This document shows positions 1 to 7,914 of a DNA stretch of 38,257 nucleotides, piece by piece. The notes beneath the pieces are model-generated. The model saw only the letters and a list, made by a program, of their open reading frames with translations, did not search any database and had not been told where the DNA came from. The stretch spans positions 1 through 38,257 of the forward strand of contig CAMOCH010000002.1 of NCBI GenBank assembly GCA_946610655.1. The letters run 5' to 3'. The DNA comes from an uncultured Clostridia bacterium (GTDB lineage: Bacteria; Bacillota; Clostridia; Christensenellales; UBA1242). The position numbers and the translations under genes were made by a program. How positions within the stretch are numbered: position 1 is the first letter of the stretch; every line of letters starts with the position of its first letter.

Positions 1-15
1 TTTGGTGTATTTTTA

Positions 16-2004
16 TTAATTTAAAACAATATCTTCACAAAGCTTTGCATAATTTTTATCTGCAATTTTTAATATTATCTGCTTATCATCATCGGTTAGA
101 TATTTGCTTTTTGCAATATCAAGAGCCAAATCATAGTTTGCAAAATTAATAGAAAAGTCAGCTGAAAAACCATGTTGAGAAGTTCCATAAATGTCACCTG
201 CTCCACGATTTTTATAATCATATTCAGCAATATCAAAACCATTACTATGTGATGCAAAAAAGTTTAATCTTTCAATTGATTTTTCACTCAATCCATTTGA
301 TAAACAAAAACAATAACTCTTTTTACCATTTCTTCCAACTCTGCCTCGAAGTTGATGAAGTGTGGCAAGTCCAAATTTTTCAGGAGACATAATAACCATT
401 ATATCTGCTTCTGGAATATCAATACCAACTTCAACAACAGTTGTTGAAACAAGCACATTAATGTTGCCATTTTTAAACTCATTCATAGTCTCTTCTATTT
501 TAGATTTTGACAATTTGCCATGCACCAAACCAACTTTATTCTTACCAAAAAGACCACTTAATTTTTCATGAACATTTTTTGTTGATAATGAATCATCATC
601 GTCATCATCAATTTTAGAACACACAACAAATATTTTACTGCCCTTATCTGCACAATCTAGCAAGTATTTCCACATATCAAGCTGTTTATTTTTACTTACA
701 ATGTTGGTTTGTATGTCTTTAGCAAACGGACATTTTGTGATGACTGATAAGCTCAAATCTCCATACATCGCAAGTGCCATACTCCTTGGAATTGGTGTTG
801 CACTCATTACAAGAGTGTCAACGCTTGCACCTTTTGATGATAGTTTAGCCCTTTGACTTACACCAAATCTGTGTTGCTCATCAATAACACATAGGCTGAG
901 ATTTTTAAACTCAACATCTTTGCTTATAACAGCATGAGTGCCAACGACAACATCAATCATTCCAAGTTTAATTTGTCTATAAATTTCTCTCTTTTCACTA
1001 GCTGTCAAACTTCCAACTAAACATGCAATTTTAAATCCCATATTTGAAAATACTTTTTTTAAGTTTTCATAATGCTGTTTAGCAAGAATTTCTGTTGGAG
1101 CAATTATTGCTGATTGATAATTATTTTTAATTGCACAATATAAGCAGAAAAAAGCAACCATAGTTTTGCCACTACCAACTTCACCTTGGAGAAGCCTGTT
1201 CATATTTTTAGAATTTTTTAAATCATGCATAACATCACTAATAACCTTGTTTTGATCATCAGTTAAATTAAAAGGAATTATTTTTTTAAACTCTTCATAT
1301 AAGTTTTCAAGGTTATTGTATTTATTAATTCTCTCATCATCACCATATATTTTTTGGTTTAAATTTTTTACAGCAAGTGGTAACAATTTCTCAACATCAA
1401 GTCTCCTTTTCGCTTCCAAAATTTCATCTTCTGCTTTAGGACTATGTATTTGAAAAAACGCATTTTTATATGATAAAAGATTAAAATTCTGCTCAATTTC
1501 AGCAGAAATTAGGCTTTTTTCTGTAAAATTATCTAAAATTGCATTGATGATATTTTGAATACTAGCACTTCCAAAGTTGCCAATTTTCTTATATATAGGA
1601 AGAATATTCCCTTCAATTTTCCCCTTTTCTTTTGTTAGTGAAACAACAAAAGTATTTTTCTTTTTTGGACTATTTTTGCCATACAAATAATACTCGCACT
1701 CATTACGAAGTGTTGATTTTATGTATGGCTGATTATACCATATTGCATTGAAAATATTCCCTTGTTCATCAATAACTTTTGCTTGAGTATAATTTAAAGC
1801 CTTAAATCTTACAACCTTTGGCTCATCAATAACTTTGCATAAAATTATTTTATAAAAGTCATCATTATCAAAATATGATGTTTTAGAAAAATCGTAATAC
1901 TTCTTTGGATAAAAACATAAAAAATCTAAAGTGCTAAAAATACCAGCATCGTTTAAAGATTTTATTCTTGCCTTGCCAATTCCTTTAATGTCATATAATT
2001 CCAT
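16..2004 (-). CDS. recG: ATP-dependent DNA helicase RecG
   Basis: ORF 16..2040 trimmed to the ATG at 2004 (MELYDIKGIGKARI...). Helicase motifs GEVGSGKT (Walker A), DEQHRFG and QLRGRVGRNG. Sits downstream of the DAK2/FakA gene as in the Bacillota ylo cluster. Confidence 0.9.
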   Translation of the reverse strand: MELYDIKGIGKARIKSLNDAGIFSTLDFLCFYPKKYYDFSKTSYFDNDDFYKIILCKVIDEPKVVRFKALNYTQAKVIDEQGNIFNAIWYNQPYIKSTLRNECEYYLYGKNSPKKKNTFVVSLTKEKGKIEGNILPIYKKIGNFGSASIQNIINAILDNFTEKSLISAEIEQNFNLLSYKNAFFQIHSPKAEDEILEAKRRLDVEKLLPLAVKNLNQKIYGDDERINKYNNLENLYEEFKKIIPFNLTDDQNKVISDVMHDLKNSKNMNRLLQGEVGSGKTMVAFFCLYCAIKNNYQSAIIAPTEILAKQHYENLKKVFSNMGFKIACLVGSLTASEKREIYRQIKLGMIDVVVGTHAVISKDVEFKNLSLCVIDEQHRFGVSQRAKLSSKGASVDTLVMSATPIPRSMALAMYGDLSLSVITKCPFAKDIQTNIVSKNKQLDMWKYLLDCADKGSKIFVVCSKIDDDDDDSLSTKNVHEKLSGLFGKNKVGLVHGKLSKSKIEETMNEFKNGNINVLVSTTVVEVGIDIPEADIMVIMSPEKFGLATLHQLRGRVGRNGKKSYCFCLSNGLSEKSIERLNFFASHSNGFDIAEYDYKNRGAGDIYGTSQHGFSADFSINFANYDLALDIAKSKYLTDDDKQIILKIADKNYAKLCEDIVLN

Positions 2005-2010
2005 ACATAC

Positions 2011-2040
2011 ATAATACCAAAATTTATATTGTTTAATCAA
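2011..2040 (-). promoter_or_regulatory. Candidate sigma-A promoter for recG (TTGATT, 18 nt spacer, TGgTATTAT) ending 6 nt before the ATG
   Basis: Minus strand reads TTGATTaaacaatataaattttggTATTATgtatgtATG. No Shine-Dalgarno between the -10 element and the start codon. Confidence 0.35.
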
Positions 2041-2060
2041 ATAATTAATAAATAAACAAT

Positions 2061-2091
2061 AAAAAAAGACTTGAAAATTTCAAGTCTTTTT
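2061..2091 (-). terminator. Rho-independent terminator after fakA
   Basis: GACTTGAA / TTCAAGTC stem with a 3-nt loop, flanked by A7 on the plus strand (a T-run on the minus strand), just downstream of the fakA stop. Confidence 0.65.
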
Positions 2092-2095
2092 ATTT

Positions 2096-3739
2096 CTATT
2101 CAACACTAATTAAGTAGTAATACAATGGTTGACCACCATATTGAACACTAACTTCCATATTTGGATATTGTTTAGAAAGTTCATCAGATAGTTGCTCTGC
2201 TTCAATAGCTTGAACATCTTGACCATAATATAGAGAAATTGAAGAAGCTGAATCTTTCATCATTTTTTCAACTGTATCCTTGGCAACAGCATTAACATCG
2301 CCACCTTTTGCAACAATTCTCTTTTCATCAAGACCAATAATATCGCCTTCTTTAAGTTTAAAGCCATCAATATTGGTATTTCTTACTGCGTATGTTACAG
2401 AACCAGTAACAACATCGTTAATCATTGCATTAATATTTTCTTTGTTTTCTTCAACACTAGCTTCTGGGTCAATTGCAAGAGCTGCATTAATACCTTGTGG
2501 AACGCTTGATGTTGGAATAACAATAATATTTCTCTTAGATAGGTCGTTTGCAAGTTGTGCTGCCATAACAATGTTTTTGTTGTTTGGAAGGACAAATACG
2601 TTTTCTGCAGGAACGCTATCAGCTGCTTTTGCAATATCTTCAGCACTAGAGTTCATTGTTTGACCACCTTCAATAACATGGTCAACGTTACAATCTTTGA
2701 ATAATTGAGATAAACCTTCACCTGCGCAAATTGCAACAACACCAATGTTTTTAAGTTGTTCAGGTTCATTTTTAACCTTTAATGCTCTGTTTTGTTCAAG
2801 CATGTTTTCAACTTTAACACCATTAAGTTCACCAAGTTTAAGGGCATTTGTAAGTGCAACACCTGGTTCGTTTGTGTGAACGTGAACTTTAATAAGATTC
2901 AAGTCACCAATACAGATAACACTATTACCAATACTCATAAGCTTTTCACGAAGTTTATCAATATCTGCTTCGGTAGTTTTCTTGTTTATGTTAATAACAA
3001 AGAATTCTGTACAATATGCAAATTCAATATCAGCTAGGTCATTGTAGTTAACTTTAACATCTTCAAATTCTTCATGATTGCCATCAAGCTTATCACTTTC
3101 AACTTCAAGAATAACTTGACTTTCATCACCAAGAAGAATCTTCAAAAATCCACCAATTACAAAAAGTAATCCTCTTCCACCAGAGTCAACAACACCTGCT
3201 TTTTTCAAAACAGGAAGAAGCTCTGGTGTCATTTTCAATGTTTCTTCACCAACTTCAAGAACTTGTTTTAAAAATTCTGCAACATCAGTTTCTTTCTTTG
3301 CAATTTTAGCAGATTCTTCAGCCATAACACGAATAACAGTGAGAATTGTTCCTTCTTTTGGAACAGTAACGGCTCTATAAGCCATATCTGCACCAGCTTG
3401 AAGTGCTTTTGAAAATGCTTTAACATCAATTGTTTTTAAAGCTGTTATAGAAGATGTGAAACCTTTTAATATTTGTGAAAGAATAACACCTGAGTTACCT
3501 CTTGCACCTTTAAGTGCGCCTTTACTAATTGCATCTGCAAGGGATTCCATATCGTTATTTGTAACCATATTAAGTTCACGAACTGCTGATCGCATTGTCA
3601 TGCTCATGTTTGTTCCTGTGTCACCATCTGGTACAGGGAAAACGTTCAAGCTATCAACGTATTCTTTATTTTCCTCTAAATAATTTGCACCCGATATAAC
3701 CATTTTTCTTAATTGGGCGCCAGTTATTGATTTTCCCAT
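2096..3739 (-). CDS. fakA: DAK2-domain fusion protein YloV / fatty acid kinase subunit FakA
   Basis: 547 aa with the N-terminal Dak2 motif VPDGDTGTNM. Length and position (between the Asp23-family gene and recG) match YloV/FakA of Bacillus and Staphylococcus. Confidence 0.8.
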   Translation of the reverse strand: MGKSITGAQLRKMVISGANYLEENKEYVDSLNVFPVPDGDTGTNMSMTMRSAVRELNMVTNNDMESLADAISKGALKGARGNSGVILSQILKGFTSSITALKTIDVKAFSKALQAGADMAYRAVTVPKEGTILTVIRVMAEESAKIAKKETDVAEFLKQVLEVGEETLKMTPELLPVLKKAGVVDSGGRGLLFVIGGFLKILLGDESQVILEVESDKLDGNHEEFEDVKVNYNDLADIEFAYCTEFFVININKKTTEADIDKLREKLMSIGNSVICIGDLNLIKVHVHTNEPGVALTNALKLGELNGVKVENMLEQNRALKVKNEPEQLKNIGVVAICAGEGLSQLFKDCNVDHVIEGGQTMNSSAEDIAKAADSVPAENVFVLPNNKNIVMAAQLANDLSKRNIIVIPTSSVPQGINAALAIDPEASVEENKENINAMINDVVTGSVTYAVRNTNIDGFKLKEGDIIGLDEKRIVAKGGDVNAVAKDTVEKMMKDSASSISLYYGQDVQAIEAEQLSDELSKQYPNMEVSVQYGGQPLYYYLISVE

Positions 3740-3810
3740 TGTAAAATAAATTCTCCTAATGCAATAATATTTATTGCTAAATTATATAACTATATAAAAA
3801 AAATTAATAC

Positions 3811-4161
3811 TTAAACTCTTACTCCAACGACATTAATGTTAACAGAATCAACAATCATCCCAGTAAACTGTTCAACATTATACTTAACAGATCTTCTAAC
3901 AGATTCTGCAACTGCATTGATTGATACGCCATACTTTAAGATAATTTGCATATCAATATGAATCCTATCTCCGATTGTTAAAATTTTAATACCACGTTTA
4001 CTGCTTGTTTTTGAAAACATCTCTTTAATGGCGTCTTTAAACTTTCTTGACACAAGATCCACAACACCATAGCAATCAAGTGCAGTGTGAGCAACTACTT
4101 CTGCAATGGCACTATCTGTGACAGAAATTTTTCCATAAGAATTTACCGTATTAACCGACAT
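3811..4161 (-). CDS. Asp23/Gls24-family envelope stress protein (YloU-like)
   Basis: 116 aa (GKISVTDSAIAEVVAHTALDCYGVVDL...), typical of the Asp23 family. Conserved partner immediately upstream of yloV/fakA and divergent from rpmB. Confidence 0.8.
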   Translation of the reverse strand: MSVNTVNSYGKISVTDSAIAEVVAHTALDCYGVVDLVSRKFKDAIKEMFSKTSSKRGIKILTIGDRIHIDMQIILKYGVSINAVAESVRRSVKYNVEQFTGMIVDSVNINVVGVRV

Positions 4162-4215
4162 AATTTTCCTACTTAAATAAATTAATTATACATTTTACGA
4201 TGCACAATCAATAGT

Positions 4216-4244
4216 ATATTACTACATTTCTATCAATTTTGCAA
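4216..4244 (-). promoter_or_regulatory. Candidate sigma-A promoter for asp23-fakA (TTGCAA-17-TAATAT)
   Basis: Minus strand reads TTGCAAaattgatagaaatgtagTAATAT in the divergent intergenic region. Confidence 0.45.
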
Positions 4245-4304
4245 GTTTTTTCTTATAAATATAGCAATTTTAGCACTTATTATAAAAAATATTAGCATTA
4301 ACAC

Positions 4305-4333
4305 TTGCAAATTATTTTATTTTATGTTATTAT
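4305..4333 (+). promoter_or_regulatory. Candidate sigma-A promoter for rpmB (TTGCAA-17-TATTAT, with TGn extension)
   Basis: Plus strand reads TTGCAAattattttattttaTGtTATTAT, about 32 nt upstream of the rpmB ATG. Confidence 0.5.
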
Positions 4334-4365
4334 TCTTGCGTTAGAAATTACAAGGGAGGGATATT

Positions 4366-4551
4366 ATGAGCAAAGTTTGCAGTATTTGTGGAAAAGGCAG
4401 AATGAGTGGAAACCTTGTTAGCCATTCTGAGATTAAAACTAGAACTTCATATGCTCCAAATGTGCAAAAAGTTACTATTGAAGTTGATGGAAAAACAAAA
4501 AAAGCCTATGTATGCACAAAGTGTATGAAAGGTTCTAAGGCAGATAAGTAA
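4366..4551 (+). CDS. rpmB: 50S ribosomal protein L28 (zinc-ribbon C+ form)
   Basis: 61 aa, MSKVCSICGKG...CTKCMK, with two CxxC pairs. Strong RBS AAGGGAGGG. Divergent from the asp23 gene as in Bacillus. Confidence 0.95.
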   Translation: MSKVCSICGKGRMSGNLVSHSEIKTRTSYAPNVQKVTIEVDGKTKKAYVCTKCMKGSKADK

Positions 4552-4570
4552 TTCCCCCTTTTCTTTTATA

Positions 4571-4606
4571 AAAAAATTAAACTTGCCAAAGTGGCAAGTT
4601 TTTTTA
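4571..4606. terminator. Bidirectional hairpin terminator shared by rpmB (+) and spoVM (-)
   Basis: AACTTGCC-aaagt-GGCAAGTT stem with a T-run on the plus side (4600-4605) and an A-run (4571-4576) that gives a T-run on the minus strand. Confidence 0.7.
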
Positions 4607-4678
4607 TTTCTTTTTTCTTATAAATAATTTCAAAATTGCACTTATAAATTTAGGTGCTTTAATACAAACTATGGTCAT
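4604..4678 (-). CDS. spoVM: Stage V sporulation peptide SpoVM homologue (24 aa), absent from the ORF track
   Basis: Hand translation gives MTIVCIKAPKFISAILKLFIRKKK*. RBS AGGAGGG lies 8 nt upstream. The IKxPKF core is in the same register as B. subtilis SpoVM. Genomic slot is the same (downstream of rpe, convergent with rpmB). Confidence 0.7.
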   Translation of the reverse strand: MTIVCIKAPKFISAILKLFIRKKK

Positions 4679-4698
4679 CACTATGCCCTCCTAGTTTA

Positions 4699-4726
4699 TA
4701 TTTTATGAAATATTTGATAATTTTGT
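4699..4726 (-). promoter_or_regulatory. Candidate mother-cell-type (sigma-E/sigma-K-like) promoter for spoVM: AC-17 nt-CATAAAATA
   Basis: Minus strand reads ACaaaattatcaaatatttCATAAAATA, ending about 7 nt before the AGGAGGG RBS. This matches the published AC-17-CATAnnnTA pattern. Motif-only evidence in AT-rich DNA. Confidence 0.3.
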
Positions 4727-4728
4727 TA

Positions 4729-5415
4729 TTATAGTGAATTCATACTAACAATCCAAGCTCTGCCTTTAAGTGCACGGATTGTTTTTTTGATGTTTTTGCT
4801 TGAGAATATGCAAGAGCCACTAACAAGAATGTTTGCACCAAGTTTGCGAAGGATCTTGCTGTTTTTAACGTTAACACCACCATCAATTTCAATGTAAACA
4901 CTTTTATCAAGTTCTCTAACTTCTGCAACTTTTTCAGCAGAGCCTGGAATAAATGATTGTCCACATGCTCCAGGATTAACACCCATAACAAGCACAACAT
5001 CAATAAGATTCTTTTTAAGCAAATCTTTAATTTTATATGCCGGTGTTTCTGGGTTGATTGCAAGACCTGCTAACACATTTTTACTTTTTATGTGTTTTAA
5101 CAAACTTTCAGGATTGTCTGTTGCTTCATAATGAAAAGTAATTATATCTGCACCGGCAGAAATATAATCATCAACGTGCTTTTCAGGATTTTCAATCATC
5201 AAATGAACATCTAGCATAAGTGTTGTATGATTTTTTACAAAATCAACAAACTTGTGATCAAATGTTTTGTTTGAAACAAATTTGCCATCCATAACATCAA
5301 TATGGACAAAATTTGCTCCTGCATCTTCAATATTTTCAAGCGCCGACTTAACAACTTCCTCGTTATTATAATCAACAGCAATTATTGATGGTGATACTCT
5401 TGTGAATAATGGCAT
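4729..5415 (-). CDS. rpe: Ribulose-phosphate 3-epimerase
   Basis: 228 aa with HIDVMDGKFV, MGVNPGACGQSFIP and IEIDGGVN motifs. RBS GGAGGG is embedded in the rlmN 3' end. Confidence 0.9.
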   Translation of the reverse strand: MPLFTRVSPSIIAVDYNNEEVVKSALENIEDAGANFVHIDVMDGKFVSNKTFDHKFVDFVKNHTTLMLDVHLMIENPEKHVDDYISAGADIITFHYEATDNPESLLKHIKSKNVLAGLAINPETPAYKIKDLLKKNLIDVVLVMGVNPGACGQSFIPGSAEKVAEVRELDKSVYIEIDGGVNVKNSKILRKLGANILVSGSCIFSSKNIKKTIRALKGRAWIVSMNSL

Positions 5416-5417
5416 AA

Positions 5418-6476
5418 TTATTTTCCCTCCATTTTGCTTCTTCTAAGTTGTCCACAAGCTCCTGAGATATCTTCTCCAAGAGTTCTTCTTGTGGTTGCCG
5501 AAACATTATTATCTTTAAGATATTGCCAAAACTCGGCTGTTTTTGTTTTGCTTGCAGGCTTTAATTCTGGTCTTACTTTTGTGTTTGGTGTTTGATTGAT
5601 AGGAATTAAGTTAAAGTGATAAGAAAGCCCTTTGCATAGCGATTTAATTCTTCTTGCATCATGAACTGTCGTGTTTTTATCAAGAAGAATATACTCGAAC
5701 ATAATTCTTCGTTTAGTCTTTTTAAAATAATAATTTATTGCTTCAAACAAATCAGCGAGGCTGTATGCGTTTGCAATCTTCATAATTTGTTTACGAAATT
5801 CGTCTGTTGTTGCATGCAAACTTATTGTTAGGGTTATTCCAAGATCTAAATCTGCAAGTTCCCTAATTTTTGGAGCAATTCCACAAGTTGAAAGTGAAAT
5901 GTTCCTTTGAGAAATATTAATACCCCCTTTAGAAGAACTTACAAGTTTAATAAATTTAACAACATTATCAAAATTATCAAGAGGCTCTCCACAGCCCATT
6001 AAAACAATATTTGTAATTTGTCTATTTGCCACAGTTCCACCGTTAATTTTATTTACAGCAAGAACTTGCCCCAAAATTTCTCCAGCAGACAAATTTCTAA
6101 TCATTCCGTCAAGACCTGTCGCACAAAACAAACAACCCATTCTGCAACCAACTTGAGTTGAGACACAAATTGTATTGCCATATTTATATTTCATCAAAAC
6201 ACCTTCAATAAGGTTGCCATCAAGAAGTTTAAATAAATATTTTTTTGTGCCATCTGTGCTTATAAATTCTTTTTCAATTTTAACAGGCTCATCTTCAAAA
6301 TGTTCACTTAAAACTTTTCTATCTTCAAGTGAAAGATTTGTCATCTCGTCAAATTTTGCATATTCATGAGCCCACTTATAAAGTTGCTCAGCACGAAGCC
6401 TTGGCATTTTGATGCCAATGTTTGTTAATTTTTCTTTAAGTTCATCTAAACTATAATCTTGCAAAATTTCTTTCAT
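5418..6476 (-). CDS. rlmN: 23S rRNA/tRNA A2503/A37 C2-methyltransferase RlmN (radical SAM)
   Basis: 352 aa with the radical-SAM motif CRMGCLFCATG, plus GCGEPLDN and C-terminal GACGQL. Confidence 0.9.
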   Translation of the reverse strand: MKEILQDYSLDELKEKLTNIGIKMPRLRAEQLYKWAHEYAKFDEMTNLSLEDRKVLSEHFEDEPVKIEKEFISTDGTKKYLFKLLDGNLIEGVLMKYKYGNTICVSTQVGCRMGCLFCATGLDGMIRNLSAGEILGQVLAVNKINGGTVANRQITNIVLMGCGEPLDNFDNVVKFIKLVSSSKGGINISQRNISLSTCGIAPKIRELADLDLGITLTISLHATTDEFRKQIMKIANAYSLADLFEAINYYFKKTKRRIMFEYILLDKNTTVHDARRIKSLCKGLSYHFNLIPINQTPNTKVRPELKPASKTKTAEFWQYLKDNNVSATTRRTLGEDISGACGQLRRSKMEGK

Positions 6477-7438
6477 TAAATATTTTGTGTAAGCAAATAC
6501 TCAAACACATCTCCCACTTTTATTTTTCTTCCAGAAATCAATTGTTTTGCTTCCAATATTTTCTTACCAGGAAGTTGCACATCAAGAAGTTCAAGCACAC
6601 CATTTCCTGTTTTAACAAAAACTCCAGCTTTTGCGCTGCTTTCAGGAAGAATTTCCCCATTTTCTTTATTTGCATCAGCAACAATATTTGAAATTTTTGC
6701 TGTGTAAACTTTTAAAATTTCTCCATTGATTACTGTGCTAGCAATTGGTTCTGGATTAACTCCATAAATCAAGTTTTTAATTTGTTTTGCTGTTTTATTC
6801 CAATTAATATAACAATCAGTTTTTTCTATCTTTCTTGTAAAAGATGCATCTGTCTGAATTTGTTTAATTGGATAAACAATTCCATTTTCTATTTCATCCA
6901 AAGTTGAATTAAGCATTTCTGCACCAAGAGCTGATAGCCTATAAGAAAGTTCCCCTGCAGTTTCATATTCTCCAATATCAACTTTTGCCTGTTTCAAAAT
7001 ATCCCCCGTATCAAGTCCAATATCTGTTTGCATAATTGTTATGCCGGTTTGCTTTTCTCCATTAATAACAGCTGATTGAATTGGTGATGCTCCCCTATAT
7101 TTTGGAAGTAGCGATGCATGAACATTAACAACACCATATTTTGGAATACTAATCACTTGTTCAGACAATATTTGGCCATACGCAACAGTAACAAAAATGT
7201 CTGCTTTTAGTTTTTTAAGAGTTTCAATTCCATCTCTAGAAATTTTATTAAATTGATATAAAGGAATTTCATGTTTTAATGCAAATTCTTTAACTGGAGA
7301 TGGCTCAATTTTTTTGCCTCTTCCATTTGGTTTATCTGGCTGAGTTACAACAGCAACAACTTTATGCTTACTATTAAAATGCAATTTTTCCAAAGATTTT
7401 ATTGCAAACTCAGGTGTCCCAAGAAATACTACTTTCAT
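6476..7438 (-). CDS. fmt: Methionyl-tRNA formyltransferase
   Basis: 320 aa, MKVVFLGTPEFA..., HASLLPKYRGASPIQ. Follows def. Its stop overlaps the rlmN start by 1 nt. Confidence 0.92.
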   Translation of the reverse strand: MKVVFLGTPEFAIKSLEKLHFNSKHKVVAVVTQPDKPNGRGKKIEPSPVKEFALKHEIPLYQFNKISRDGIETLKKLKADIFVTVAYGQILSEQVISIPKYGVVNVHASLLPKYRGASPIQSAVINGEKQTGITIMQTDIGLDTGDILKQAKVDIGEYETAGELSYRLSALGAEMLNSTLDEIENGIVYPIKQIQTDASFTRKIEKTDCYINWNKTAKQIKNLIYGVNPEPIASTVINGEILKVYTAKISNIVADANKENGEILPESSAKAGVFVKTGNGVLELLDVQLPGKKILEAKQLISGRKIKVGDVFEYLLTQNI

Positions 7439-7446
7439 ATATGCTC

Positions 7447-7902
7447 CTACTTATACTTTTTAATTCGTGTTGCTTTGTCAATAAAAAGTATTCCATCCAA
7501 ATGATCATTTTCATGACAAAAAGCTTTTGCTTCATACCCTGATAATTTATCTTCGTGCGAAGCTCCAAATCTGTCTTGGTAAGTAACCCAAACGTGCTCA
7601 GGACGTTCAACATAGCCATATTTATCTGGAACTGACAAACAACCTTCTTGTTTAATCTTATTTACGCCTGCACACTTGTTGATTATTGGGTTAACAAATT
7701 CTTTAATTCCATTTCCTGCATCAATAACAAAAACACGTTTAAGCACACCAACTTGAACAGCAGAAAGCCCTGCGCCATCTGCCTTATACATGGTGTCTAT
7801 CATATCATCAATAAGTTGATGCAACCTATCATCAAAAGTAACCACTTGTTTACTAATTTTTCTAAGAACTGGGTCACCTTCAAGAATAATTTTTCTTTCC
7901 AA
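7447..7902 (-). CDS. def: Peptide deformylase
   Basis: 151 aa with GAGLSAVQVG, EGCLSVP and HENDHLDG motifs. The start codon is TTG (plus-strand caa at 7900-7902), 7 nt after AAAGGAG. Confidence 0.92.
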   Translation of the reverse strand: MERKIILEGDPVLRKISKQVVTFDDRLHQLIDDMIDTMYKADGAGLSAVQVGVLKRVFVIDAGNGIKEFVNPIINKCAGVNKIKQEGCLSVPDKYGYVERPEHVWVTYQDRFGASHEDKLSGYEAKAFCHENDHLDGILFIDKATRIKKYK

Positions 7903-7914
7903 AACAATACTCCT

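Noticed and set aside
590-612. GAT/GAC-rich run encoding DDDDDD in RecG
   Set aside because: A short in-frame low-complexity acidic linker within RecG. It is not a repeat element or a slippage-prone homopolymer.
2280-2663. 127-aa plus-strand ORF and 74-aa minus-strand ORF overlapping fakA
   Set aside because: Both lie within the full-length DAK2/FakA frame. The compositions are low-complexity and there are no translation signals.
4740-5063. 107-aa same-strand alternative-frame ORF inside rpe
   Set aside because: The rpe frame carries all the family motifs. The alternative frame has no RBS and no recognisable sequence.
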